DNA of 63,974 nt, the filler included, from an uncultured bacterium (GTDB lineage: Bacteria > CAYJRR01): the NCBI GenBank assembly GCA_964372275.1. It is 5 parts of 5 records of this genome, joined end to end, with 100 filler letters (N's around TTAATTAATTAA, not from the genome) between each part and the next. Parts side by side here need not be neighbours in the genome. Positions count along the whole stretch, not along the records: positions 1 to 15,227 come from CAYJRR010000109.1; 4 more parts are not named here. One strand, 5' to 3'. Shown piece after piece: positions 1 through 9,305 of this stretch. Position 1 is the first letter of the stretch, and each line of letters opens with the position of its first letter. The position numbers and the translations under genes were made by a program. The notes under the pieces are model-generated. The model made no database searches. It had not been told where the DNA came from and saw nothing but the letters and a program-made list of their open reading frames with translations.

Positions 1-205
1 CTTCGACCGGATGGAGACGGTCGGCGCGATCCGCGCCGCGACGGCGGTGCTGGTCGGGGCGGACGATCCCTTGACGCCGCCGAAGTACGCCCGCTTCCTC
101 CACGAACGCATCCCGGGAAGCCGGCTGGTCGTCTTCCCGGAGGCGCGCCACGAGCTGCCGCAGGAGCGACCGCGCGAGCTGGCCGACGAGCTCCGCCGCT
201 TCTAG
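1..205 (+). CDS. alpha/beta hydrolase, C-terminal fragment (5' truncated)
   Basis: VLVGADDPLTPP...FPEARHELPQE carries the acid and His motifs of alpha/beta hydrolases; about 91% identical to the 3' part of the hydrolase at 44917-45628. Confidence 0.75.
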   Translation, partial: FDRMETVGAIRAATAVLVGADDPLTPPKYARFLHERIPGSRLVVFPEARHELPQERPRELADELRRF

Positions 206-1650
206 GGGCCGGCGTCGGCCTTGGCGCGTTCGAGGAGATCCGGCGCGTTCGCGAGCGTCCAGGTGGCGATCAGCGCCGCGTCCCGCACCTGCGAAAGCTC
301 GTTGGGATCGATCTTGTCGCAGGTGTCGTCGGCGGTGTGGTGCAGGTCGAAGTATCGCGTGCCGTCCTGCACCAGCTCCAGCGTCGGGACGCCGGCGTGC
401 TGCAGCGGGATCGTGTCGGCGCCCCCCGCCTCGTCGTCGAACGAGGTCGATTCGATCCCCAGCGGCGACAGCGTCCGCCCGAGCGCGTCGAACAGCGCCG
501 CGCCCGACGGACCGGCGCGCCAGCGCAATCCGAAGGCGCGGCCGGCGCCGGCGTCGAGCTCCAGGGCCGCCTGGTGTCGCGCGAGCTCTCCCGCGTGTGC
601 GCGCGCGTACTCGATCGCCCCCTTGAGGCCGTTCTCCTCGTTGGCGAACAGCACCACGCGCACCGTCCGCCGCGGGGGCGAGCCCTTCAGCAGCCGCGCG
701 ACATCCAGCGCCAGCCCCACCCCCGCGCCGTCGTCGACCGCCCCGCGACCGAGATCCCAGGAGTCGAGGTGCGCCCCGATCACGACGATCTCCTCCGGAC
801 GTTCGGACCCGACGACTTCGCCGATCACGTTGGCGGAGGTCGCCGTCCCGCCATCGCGGGTCTCGAGCAGGAGCCGAAGCTTCACCGGACCGGCGGCCAT
901 CCGCCGGGCGAGCGTCTCCGCGTCCGGGATGGCGAGCGCCGCGGCGGGGATCCTCCGGACGGCGTCGTCGTAGCGCATCCCTCCGGTGTGCGGGAAGCGG
1001 GCGCTCGAGGTCCCGACCGAGCGAATGACGCTCGCCACCGCGCCGCGCCGCGCCGCCTCCACCGCGCCGACACTCCGGACCGAGACCGCCTCGCCGTAGC
1101 TCGCGAAGGCGTCGCGGCCACGAACCATCGGCCGGTCGTAGAAGACGATCTTTCCCGCGACCGCCTCCGAAGGGAGCGCCCTCAATTCGTCGATCGAGCC
1201 GACGCGGATCACCGGGGCTTCGATCCCGCCCTTGGGGGTGGAGACCGAGCCGCCGAGCGCCGCGGCCGCCAGCGGGATCTCGTGTCCGTCGGCGAGGAGC
1301 GTCGCGCTCGCCGACCCGCGCTCCCATCGGCGTACCTCGACCGGTTCGCGGCGCACGTTCGCGAGACCCAGCCGCTTCATCTCCTCGATCGCCCACCGTA
1401 CGGCGCGCGCATCGCCCGCGCTCCCGGCGAGCCGGGGGCCGACGCGGTCGGACAGATCGCAGGCGATCTCGTGCGCGGCCGACGGGGACCGGAGCAGCCC
1501 GGAAAGGACGGGGTCGAGCGGAGCGGGGGCGGGGGGCGTCGGGAGTGGCGAGGCCTCGCGCGGCACGGTGACCGGCGCCGGCCCCCGCGCAGCCGGTGCG
1601 CAGGACGCGAGAAGGACGAGGAGCGGCGAGAGGCGGCGAAGGGGGTGCAT
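202..1650 (-). CDS. M28 family metallopeptidase (carboxypeptidase Q-like), lipoprotein
   Basis: LLASC lipobox; GAHLDSWD, GAVDDGAG, FANEENGL, HHTADD motifs; PA-domain insert. Confidence 0.9.
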   Translation of the reverse strand: MHPLRRLSPLLVLLASCAPAARGPAPVTVPREASPLPTPPAPAPLDPVLSGLLRSPSAAHEIACDLSDRVGPRLAGSAGDARAVRWAIEEMKRLGLANVRREPVEVRRWERGSASATLLADGHEIPLAAAALGGSVSTPKGGIEAPVIRVGSIDELRALPSEAVAGKIVFYDRPMVRGRDAFASYGEAVSVRSVGAVEAARRGAVASVIRSVGTSSARFPHTGGMRYDDAVRRIPAAALAIPDAETLARRMAAGPVKLRLLLETRDGGTATSANVIGEVVGSERPEEIVVIGAHLDSWDLGRGAVDDGAGVGLALDVARLLKGSPPRRTVRVVLFANEENGLKGAIEYARAHAGELARHQAALELDAGAGRAFGLRWRAGPSGAALFDALGRTLSPLGIESTSFDDEAGGADTIPLQHAGVPTLELVQDGTRYFDLHHTADDTCDKIDPNELSQVRDAALIATWTLANAPDLLERAKADAGP

Positions 1651-1677
1651 GGGGCGGCGAGTCTACAAGACTCGGAG

Positions 1678-1770
1678 AATCCGAGCCGAATCGAGCGGTA
1701 CCCGACCCGAATCCGATCGGATTCGGTAGCGGTATCCGATCCGATCCGAACGGGTCCGATCCGGTCTCGG
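1678..1770. repeat. CCGAT/CCGAC pentamer-rich intergenic repeat with perfect 20-bp palindrome CCGAATCCGATCGGATTCGG (1707-1726)
   Basis: read directly from sequence, between divergent genes. Confidence 0.7.
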
Positions 1771-1823
1771 TCCTGTTCAGCCGGGGGCTTGTCTCGGCCC
1801 CTCGCCCGCCGTACAAGACCCCG

Positions 1824-3167
1824 ATGGCGACCTCCCTCTCCGACGCGACCCTCCGCGAGCTGGCCGGCCGCTTGAAGTCGGCGCAGGCCGCGTTCCTCGA
1901 TCGCTACCCCGGCGAGTCCGGGAGCCGGCAGCCGGTCCACACCGTCTACGGCGGCGCGCACCTGTTCAAGGCCGACTCCTCCGCCAAGCTCGGCGAGGTG
2001 GCGCTCCGATCGCTCGATCAGTACGCCCCCGACGCGGCGACCTTCGCCGAGGCGATCGGCCTCGATCCCGCGCTCGGCGACAAGGTCTACCTCCGGGTGA
2101 AGGAGAAGCTGCGCCGCGAGCCGGTCGAGGACTTCCGCATCGACTTCGAGGACGGATACGGGATCCGCCCCGACGAGGAGGAGGACCGCCACGCCGCCGC
2201 CGCCGCCGAGGAGGTGGCGAAGGGGATCGGGGCCGGATCGCTGCCGCCGTTCCTCGGGATCCGCATCAAGTCGTTCTCCGCCGAGCTCGGGGGGCGAAGC
2301 CTGCGCACGCTCGACCTGTTCCTCACGACGCTCGTCGCCGCCTCCGGCGGGAAGCTGCCGTCGGGGTTCGTCGTGACGTTGCCGAAGATCACCTCCGCCG
2401 AGCAGGTGGCGGTGCTGGCCGACGCCCTCTCCAGCCTCGAGTCCCGGCTGGCGCTCCCCGCCGGCTCGCTGAAGCTGGAGCTGATGATCGAGACGACCCA
2501 GTCGATCCTCGACACCGAGGGTCGCTCGCCGCTGCTCCGGTTCGCGTCGGCGGCGCGAGGCCGTTGCACCGGGGCACACTTCGGCACCTACGACTACACC
2601 GCGTCGGTGAACGTCACCGCCGCCCACCAGCACATGCGGCATCCGGCATGCGACTTCGCGCGCTCCATGATGCAGGTGGCGTACGCCGGAACCGGGATCT
2701 GGTTGTCGGACGGCGCGACCAACATCATGCCGGTTGGCCCCCATCGCGCGAAGGAAGGGGCGGCGCTGGACCCCGGGCAACGGCGCGAGAACCGCCGCGT
2801 GGTGCACGCGGCGTGGCGCCTGCACGTCGACGACATCCGGCACTCGCTGACGAACGGCATCTACCAGGGATGGGACCTCCACCCGGCGCAGCTCCCGACC
2901 CGCTACGGAGCCGTGTACGGCTTCTTCCTCCAGGGCCTGAGCGCCGCCTCGGAGCGGCTGAAGAACTTCGTCGCCAAGGCGGCGCAGGCGACGCTGGTCG
3001 GCGACGTCTTCGACGACGCGGCGACGGGACAGGGTCTTCTCAACTTCTTCCTCCGTGGCGTGAACTGCGGCGCGTTGACCGAGCAGGAGGCGCTCGCCAC
3101 CGGCCTCACCCTGGAGGAGGTGCGGGGCCGCTCCTTCCTCAAGGTGCTCGAGAACCGGCGCAAATAG
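1824..3167 (+). CDS. DUF6986-like HpcH/CitE-fold aldolase/lyase family protein
   Basis: RQPVHTVYGGAHLF, RIDFEDGYG, LPK, ELMIET, HFGTYDY, QGWDLHPAQL motifs; ATG at 1824 in frame of the 1596 ORF. Confidence 0.8.
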   Translation: MATSLSDATLRELAGRLKSAQAAFLDRYPGESGSRQPVHTVYGGAHLFKADSSAKLGEVALRSLDQYAPDAATFAEAIGLDPALGDKVYLRVKEKLRREPVEDFRIDFEDGYGIRPDEEEDRHAAAAAEEVAKGIGAGSLPPFLGIRIKSFSAELGGRSLRTLDLFLTTLVAASGGKLPSGFVVTLPKITSAEQVAVLADALSSLESRLALPAGSLKLELMIETTQSILDTEGRSPLLRFASAARGRCTGAHFGTYDYTASVNVTAAHQHMRHPACDFARSMMQVAYAGTGIWLSDGATNIMPVGPHRAKEGAALDPGQRRENRRVVHAAWRLHVDDIRHSLTNGIYQGWDLHPAQLPTRYGAVYGFFLQGLSAASERLKNFVAKAAQATLVGDVFDDAATGQGLLNFFLRGVNCGALTEQEALATGLTLEEVRGRSFLKVLENRRK

Positions 3168-3182
3168 GGCGAAGATCCCGAC

Positions 3183-3992
3183 GTGGACGGATCGCTGCCC
3201 GAGTGGCTCCACCTTCTGTTGCGCTGGTTCCACGTCATCGCCGGGGTGATGTGGATCGGCCAGACCTACCTCTTCAACTTCATGGAGAGGACGATGGCCG
3301 AGGAGCAGGGCCCGGACGGCAAGCTCAAGCTGTGGATGGTGCACGGCGGCGGCTTTTACCTGGTGGAGAAGCAGAAGGTGCCGGAGGCGATGCCGCGGAC
3401 GCTTCACTGGTTCCGCTTCGAGTCGCTCTTCACCTGGATCAGCGGGATGCTGCTCTTGGCGATCGTCTACTACATGGGGGGGCTGCTCACCGATCCCCGG
3501 GTGTCGACGATCGGCGTCGGGCCGGCGGTCGCCTTGAGCCTCGGTCTGTTCGTCGTCGCATGGTTCGTCTACGACCTGCTCTGGCGGTCACCGCTCGGAA
3601 AGAACGAGGCGCTCGCCGCCGCCTCGTGCTACGCGCTGGTGGTCGCCGTCGCCTACGGTCTGCTCCAGGTCTACAGCGCCCGCGCCGCCTACATGCACGT
3701 CGGCGCGCTGTTCGGGACGATCATGGTGACCAACGTCTGGCGCCGGATCCTCCCCGGCCAGGACGCGATGATCGGCGCGGTGCGCGCGGGGCGCGAGCCC
3801 GACATGACGCTCGGAGCCCGTGGGAAGAACCGGTCCAAGCACAACACCTTCATGTCGGTGCCGCTGATCTTCATCATGATCAGCAACCACTTCCCGGTGG
3901 CGACCTACGGAAGCGCCCACCCGTTGCTGACGCTCGCGGCGCTGGTGCTGGTCGGCTGGATCGCCGCCAAGTTCATCCGCGACTACGCCTAG
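3183..3992 (+). CDS. puuD: urate hydroxylase PuuD-like membrane protein (N-terminal domain only)
   Basis: LLRWFHVIAGVMWIG, WMVHGGGFY, LHWF, RSKHNTF, MISNHFP motifs; purine-catabolism context. Confidence 0.85.
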   Translation: MDGSLPEWLHLLLRWFHVIAGVMWIGQTYLFNFMERTMAEEQGPDGKLKLWMVHGGGFYLVEKQKVPEAMPRTLHWFRFESLFTWISGMLLLAIVYYMGGLLTDPRVSTIGVGPAVALSLGLFVVAWFVYDLLWRSPLGKNEALAAASCYALVVAVAYGLLQVYSARAAYMHVGALFGTIMVTNVWRRILPGQDAMIGAVRAGREPDMTLGARGKNRSKHNTFMSVPLIFIMISNHFPVATYGSAHPLLTLAALVLVGWIAAKFIRDYA

Positions 3993-4327
3993 CTGCCGCG
4001 GTAGGTGGAGTAGCCGAAGGGGCTCAAGAGCAGCGGGACGTGGTAGTGCGCGCCGGCGTCGCGGATCTCGAAGGTGACGCGGACCTCGGGATAGAAGCCG
4101 GCGAGCCCGCGCTTGGCGAAGTAGGCGGCGGTGTCGAAGCGGAGCGCGTAGGTGCCGGGCTGGAGCGGCGTCTTCTCGGGGGTCAGTGTGCGCAGGCGGC
4201 CGTCGGCGTCGGTCGCCCCCTGGCCGAGCCGTTTCCAGGCGCCGCCCGAGTCGCGCAGGTCGAGCTCCACCGGCACCCCCTCGGCGGGGCGTCCGGCCGC
4301 GGTGTCGAGAACGTGCGTCGTGATCAC
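3989..4327 (-). CDS. uraH: 5-hydroxyisourate hydrolase
   Basis: ITTHVLDT...YHVPLLLSPFGYSTYRGS; GTG at 4327 with AGGAGG RBS, overlapping the alc stop. Confidence 0.95.
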   Translation of the reverse strand: MITTHVLDTAAGRPAEGVPVELDLRDSGGAWKRLGQGATDADGRLRTLTPEKTPLQPGTYALRFDTAAYFAKRGLAGFYPEVRVTFEIRDAGAHYHVPLLLSPFGYSTYRGS

Positions 4328-5880
4328 GGCCTCCTCCTTGCGGCGCGGGCGGCCTCCTCGGCGCACCACCGCCGCAGCCGCAGGCGGGTGATCGCCATCT
4401 GCTCCTCGGCGGCGGTGCGGAGCTCGAGGTCGGGGTCGTTCGCGAGTCGCGCCTCCAACATCTCGAGCATCTCGCCCGGCGATTTTCCGGAGGCGCACAC
4501 GAGGAAGACGAAGCCCTGTTTCGCCCGGTATTCGCGGTTGAGCCTGGCGAGCCGGGCGAGCGTCTTGGCGGGCGCGGCGGCGACCGACCGCTGCTCCTGG
4601 CTCGACCAGCGCGAGGCGCGTCCGTCCGTCTTTCGCTTCGCGTGGCGGCCACCGATCGCGGGGTGGGCGGCGAAGGCGTCGCGCCAATCGGCCTGGCGCA
4701 GGCTCCACCAGACCCGCTCGGCGATCCGTAGCAGGGCCGGCAGATCCTCGATCGGGCGGCGGTCGGCGACGCGCTCCGCCCAGGCGGTCGATCCGCAGCA
4801 GGCGAGGAGGGAGGCGATCGCGTCGTGCCGCGGGAGCGCGTTCAGGCGGTCGATCCCGAACTGCGAGGCCTCCTCGGCGGCCGGCTCGCCGAACAGGCGC
4901 ATGCGCGCCACCCCGCCGTCGGGGAAGACGTTGAGCCGCACGTGCGTGACGGAACCGATCGCGCGAAGCTCGTCGGCGAAGCGATGGCGGGTGTGCGGCT
5001 GCATTGCGCGCGCCGGGAGGAGGGGCCGCCAGGCGACGCGCCCGGAGGTGAGCACCTTCACGCTCGCGCCGGCGGCGTCGCAGCCGTCGAGCGACGCCTT
5101 TCCCGGCGCGTTCCCCTTGAAGTGCGTAGTGTCGATCTCCGCCTCGCGGACGGTTCCGCGCGCCCCCAGCGCGACGATCGTCCAGTCGTGCCCCGGGCCG
5201 CGGCGCCGGCGCGTTTCCCAACCCTCCCCCATGTTCGCGGCGGTGCCGGGAAGGATCAGGTGGTGGCGGGAGCCGAAGAACATGTCGCTGCAGACCGGGA
5301 CGCGCCCGCCGTTCTCGGCGGCGGCCAGGTCGACGAGCGAGCCGCGCGCGCGCAGCCGCGCCCAGTCGGGGACGACCTCGCCGTGGACGCGCAGCCGCGC
5401 CACGCCTCCGTCGGGATGGATGGTGAAGCGCAGGTGCGTGGTCCTCGCGGCCCCGTGGACGTCGAACCGGTTGACGGTGTCGCCCTGGAGCGCCGACCGC
5501 GGAAGGATCTCGGTCCACTTCGTCGACGCGCTTCGCGCCGCGGCCAGGTCGTCGTGGGTCGACAGCTCCGCCGCCTCGATCGAGCACTCGGAGGGGAAGT
5601 TGCCGCGGAAGAATCGGGTGTCGACCACCACTCCGCGCACGATCCCGGGGAGGCCCAGCCGGATGACGCAGTGGTCGCTCGTGCCGCCATCGCGGCGGCG
5701 GCGGGTCTCCCAGCCGTCCATCCACTTTCCGCGATCGGTATAGACCCCTTCGCGCCATTCCGGCGCATGGGGCCGGAGCAGGTTCTCCTTCTCGGCGAAG
5801 AACTCGTCGTTGGCGAACAGCACGGCGCCACCGACGCGCTCGGAGGCGAGGTCGATCCAGTCGGTGAAGTCATCGGCCAC
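4324..5880 (-). CDS. alc: allantoicase fused to C-terminal OHCU decarboxylase
   Basis: two allantoicase repeats (DGWETRRRR, PDGGVARLR), followed by AHPAIG/SSQEQ/NREYRAKQGFVF UraD domain. Confidence 0.92.
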   Translation of the reverse strand: MADDFTDWIDLASERVGGAVLFANDEFFAEKENLLRPHAPEWREGVYTDRGKWMDGWETRRRRDGGTSDHCVIRLGLPGIVRGVVVDTRFFRGNFPSECSIEAAELSTHDDLAAARSASTKWTEILPRSALQGDTVNRFDVHGAARTTHLRFTIHPDGGVARLRVHGEVVPDWARLRARGSLVDLAAAENGGRVPVCSDMFFGSRHHLILPGTAANMGEGWETRRRRGPGHDWTIVALGARGTVREAEIDTTHFKGNAPGKASLDGCDAAGASVKVLTSGRVAWRPLLPARAMQPHTRHRFADELRAIGSVTHVRLNVFPDGGVARMRLFGEPAAEEASQFGIDRLNALPRHDAIASLLACCGSTAWAERVADRRPIEDLPALLRIAERVWWSLRQADWRDAFAAHPAIGGRHAKRKTDGRASRWSSQEQRSVAAAPAKTLARLARLNREYRAKQGFVFLVCASGKSPGEMLEMLEARLANDPDLELRTAAEEQMAITRLRLRRWCAEEAARAARRRP

Positions 5881-7240
5881 GGGTCAGCGTCCCTCCACGC
5901 GGTTCGGCGAAGCCGCCGTCGCGATCATAGACCTTCTCCCCCCGGAGGAAGGTCGCCTCCACCACTCCGAGCAGGGTACGCCCGGCGTAGGGTGTGACGT
6001 CGTGCCGGTGATGGATGGCGCGAGGCTCGACCCGAAAGCTCGCCTCCGGGTGCCAGACGACGAAGTCGGCGTCGAGTCCGGGGGCGATCCGTCCCTTCCG
6101 GTCGGAAAGCCCCGCGAGCCGCGCCGTCGCTTCGCACATCCATCGGGCGAGATCGCGCAGATCGTGCCCGCGGCGCGCGGCCTCGGTCCAGACGACCGGC
6201 AGCGCGAGCTGCAGGCCGGAGATCCCGCCCCACGCCTGCACGAAGTCGCCGGATTCCATCCTCTTCAGCGCGGGTGCGCACGGCGAGTGGTCGGAGGCGA
6301 TCATCTCCAGCACCCCGTCGCGCAGGGCCTCCCACAGACGTTCGCGGTTCTCGCGCTCGCGGATCGGCGGAGCGCACTTGAACGGCGTGTCGCCGTCGGC
6401 GATCTCCTCCGCGACGAAGGTGAGGTAGTGCGGACAGGTCTCGGCGGAGAGGGGAAGCCCCTCGGCCTTGGCCGCGCGCAACAGATCGAGCGAGTCGGCC
6501 GACGAGTGGTGGACGACGTGGGTGCGCGCGCGGGTCGCGCGGACCAGCCGCGTGACCAGGCGGATCGCCTCGTCCTCCGCGGCGCGCGGGCGCGAGGCGA
6601 GGTAGGTGGCGTAGGCCTTGCGGTCGCGGCCGGCGAGGCGGCGCGACGCCTCCTCGATCGGTCCGGGCAGCTCGGCGTGCACCAGCAACGGCGCGCCGAT
6701 CTCCGCGAGCCGAGGCATCGCCCGCTCGAGGTCCGACTCGTGCACGTGCGCGAACTCGTCGACGCCGGATTCGACGAGGAAACATTTGAAGCCGAGCGCG
6801 CCGTCGGCGGCCATCGGCTTCAGCTCCTCGACGTTGTCCGGCACGACCCCACCCCAGAAGCCGACGTCGACCTGGAGCGGACCCTGCGACGCCGCCTGGC
6901 GTTTGGCGCGAAGAGCCGCCAGGCTCGTCGTCGCCGGAACGCTGTTGAGCGGCATGTCGACGAGCGTCGTCGCCCCACCCGCCGCCGCCGCGCGCGTCGC
7001 GGTGCGAAACCCCTCCCATTCGGTGCGCCCCGGCTCGTTGACGTGGACGTGGGTGTCGACGACCCCCGGCATCACCACCGCATCGCCGGCGTCGGCGACC
7101 GTGCTGCCTGCGGGGGCCGCGTCGTGCGCGGCGACGGCGCGGACACGGCCCGCCTCCAGAAGGATCGACGCGGGACGGACGCCGTCGGGGAGCACGACGC
7201 GCCGGCTGCGGATCACGTCGGGGCGGGCGGGGAGGTGCAC
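5870..7240 (-). CDS. allB: allantoinase
   Basis: DTHVHVNEPGRTEWEGF, DMPLNS, HAE, ETCPHYL, KCAPPIR, SDHSP, WGGISGLQ. Confidence 0.95.
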   Translation of the reverse strand: MHLPARPDVIRSRRVVLPDGVRPASILLEAGRVRAVAAHDAAPAGSTVADAGDAVVMPGVVDTHVHVNEPGRTEWEGFRTATRAAAAGGATTLVDMPLNSVPATTSLAALRAKRQAASQGPLQVDVGFWGGVVPDNVEELKPMAADGALGFKCFLVESGVDEFAHVHESDLERAMPRLAEIGAPLLVHAELPGPIEEASRRLAGRDRKAYATYLASRPRAAEDEAIRLVTRLVRATRARTHVVHHSSADSLDLLRAAKAEGLPLSAETCPHYLTFVAEEIADGDTPFKCAPPIRERENRERLWEALRDGVLEMIASDHSPCAPALKRMESGDFVQAWGGISGLQLALPVVWTEAARRGHDLRDLARWMCEATARLAGLSDRKGRIAPGLDADFVVWHPEASFRVEPRAIHHRHDVTPYAGRTLLGVVEATFLRGEKVYDRDGGFAEPRGGTLTRGR

Positions 7241-7533
7241 GGGCCGGTTCTAAACGATCCACGGCCGACCGTCACGTGGAGAGGGCCGGCTCGACGACCT
7301 GCGGGTTCCGCCAGGCCCCCCCACGTCCGCACGCTCACCACAGTTTCACGCGCGTGCGGCGCGACGACTGCGGGGAAGGCCGGCCGAACGCGAGCGATTT
7401 CTCCATGTCGCCCACGCTGCGTTCGAGACGCCGGCGCGCCGGACGCCGTCGGTCCGACACGGACTGCGAGCGGTGAAGCGAGCGTCGTGCCACGCCGAAC
7501 CCTCTGGATTGCGCGCATCCGCCGTCGAGTGGG

Positions 7534-7551
7534 TGTAGGGAAATCCCGACA
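7534..7551. promoter_or_regulatory. imperfect palindrome TGTAGGGAAATCCCGACA, candidate transcription-factor site
   Basis: 7/8 matched arms in the divergent allB / 7602 intergenic region. Confidence 0.35.
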
Positions 7552-7601
7552 GGCGGCACTCCGCGTAGACAGCGTTCGCTTCGCTCCTTCATACTGCCGC
7601 C

Positions 7602-8132
7602 ATGAGAGGCGCAGCGCGTGTTCGGCTCGACGGCCCACCTCTGGGATGCTTCGCGGTCGCGATGCTCGCGGCCGTGCAGTGCGCCTCCTGCCGATCGGAG
7701 ACGGGGCGGACGGCGGCGACAGGGGCCGCGCCCGCCGTGTCCGCGACTGTCGTGTCGGCGGAGTCCGACGCCGGCAGCGACAACGGGATCGACATCGCGC
7801 GCCTCGTTCAGATGACGATCGACGCTCCTGCACTGCAGGCGTACTTCCATGAAAAAGAGATCCCCGGACGATCTCCGCTGGTCGTGGTCCTTCGACATCC
7901 GCCGAAAGCGCCTCTCCGCCTATCGAAGTTCGGACAAGCGGTCGTCGTCAAAACCAGGGATCAGGTTCAACCTGGCGAGGCCGTCCTCGAGATCGAGGGG
8001 ATCACTTTCGGCCCGTCCTCCGCATCGGTCGAATTCTCGTACCTCGTGGAAGGCATCGCCGGAAGCGCATCGTATGACAAGGGTGAGGGAGCGACGTGGC
8101 TCCTCCGGGGCGTCACCCTCGCCGAGCGTTGA
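7602..8132 (+). CDS. hypothetical exported/lipoprotein
   Basis: hydrophobic N-terminus with Cys, low-complexity linker, globular C-terminus. Confidence 0.6.
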   Translation: MRGAARVRLDGPPLGCFAVAMLAAVQCASCRSETGRTAATGAAPAVSATVVSAESDAGSDNGIDIARLVQMTIDAPALQAYFHEKEIPGRSPLVVVLRHPPKAPLRLSKFGQAVVVKTRDQVQPGEAVLEIEGITFGPSSASVEFSYLVEGIAGSASYDKGEGATWLLRGVTLAER

Positions 8133-8322
8133 GCCCCGGAGGCGCCGACTCGTCGTCCGGTACGGATGCGGTCCAGGGTCGCGGAACGGCGGTCTCCATT
8201 GAGTCCGACGAGCGCCATCGGACGGGTTCCAGAGCGGAGATCCAGGTCCAGCATCGCAAGGTCGACGACCACGTCGCTGTTTCGGCCGTGCCGAGAGGCT
8301 CCCGCGCCGACGCGCCGGATCG

Positions 8323-9234
8323 CTACCGCCGAAGGCCCGCGCCCTGCCCGTCCTCGGTGCCCGGGATCTCGGCGGCTCCGTCGGTATCCGCGCCGCGAGC
8401 CACGTTGGCCCCGTCGGCCGGGCTTCCCGAGCCCAGGTCAATCGGGAGCTCGTCGGGCTTGATCGACTTCGACGCGCGCGTCACGTGAAGCTTCCGTCCA
8501 TCGAACCGGCCGGTGAGCCACACGGTCGAGTCGATCCGGTCGGTCCAGCGGTACTTGGCGTAGACCGGAACGAAGGCGCCGTTCGGAAGCGCAAGCCCAT
8601 GCGTCGCATTCTCGAAACCGGGCTCCCGCACCTCCGTCGTGTGGAGGAGAGTCTTTAGCACCCCCTTCACAGAGAGGTTGGAGCCGGCGGTCGGCACGAG
8701 TTCAAGCGGCCCCCCGCCCATGCAGCGCGCCCCGGGCGGGCAGCGCGGACGCGCGACGGTTCCGCGGACCGTCACCGTCGCCCCGTCGAGCTGGGAGAGC
8801 TCCTGGGCGAGGGCCGGATCGAGCACCTTGATCGGCATCCCCCATGACGTCTGGATCTCCACGCTGTAGTGGCAGTGCGAGGGGATCGTTCGATCGCACC
8901 CGCTCGTGTCACGTACCACGCCGGTTACGAACTCCCTGGACCGTCCGGGCGCGAAGCCCACTACGTCGAGCTTCCGTTCCCCGTTTCCGGTGTCCTTCCG
9001 ACCCTGAACGGTCACGGTCTTCCGGTGGAACGCCTCCAGATCGCGGAAATACTCTCCGGTGACCTCCCAAATTTCGTCGCCCGCGCGCAGATGGACGATC
9101 GGTCGGCAGGACGCGTCGACGCAGCGCGGGTAGGAGACCTCGATCGTACCGGTGACCGAGGATCCTCGGAGGAGGCTCGTGGCGTGAGAAAGGGAGGGGC
9201 AGAGAATCGAAGCGGCGAGGACGAGACGTAGCAT
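8323..9234 (-). CDS. hypothetical secreted protein (repeated OB-fold-like TVTVxG segments, Cys pairs)
   Basis: signal peptide MLRLVLAASILCPSLSHA; GGAG upstream. Confidence 0.7.
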   Translation of the reverse strand: MLRLVLAASILCPSLSHATSLLRGSSVTGTIEVSYPRCVDASCRPIVHLRAGDEIWEVTGEYFRDLEAFHRKTVTVQGRKDTGNGERKLDVVGFAPGRSREFVTGVVRDTSGCDRTIPSHCHYSVEIQTSWGMPIKVLDPALAQELSQLDGATVTVRGTVARPRCPPGARCMGGGPLELVPTAGSNLSVKGVLKTLLHTTEVREPGFENATHGLALPNGAFVPVYAKYRWTDRIDSTVWLTGRFDGRKLHVTRASKSIKPDELPIDLGSGSPADGANVARGADTDGAAEIPGTEDGQGAGLRR

Positions 9235-9289
9235 TGTTCATGTTCTCCAAGCAGGTTCCGGTTGCTCTCCTCTCTCGAGTCCGGCGGGT

Positions 9290-9305
9290 TGCAACCGACA
9301 CGCCA
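9290..9305 (-). promoter_or_regulatory. sigma-54 (-24/-12) promoter candidate TGGCGTGTCGGTTGCA
   Basis: GG-N10-GC spacing upstream of the 9234 ATG. Confidence 0.5.

Noticed and set aside
2564-5743. Very long alternate-frame ORFs (e.g. 1059 aa here, 9350-12115, 54055-57093, 56853-59570)
   Set aside because: Arg/Pro/Gly-rich shadow ORFs expected at high GC; they overlap well-supported genes.
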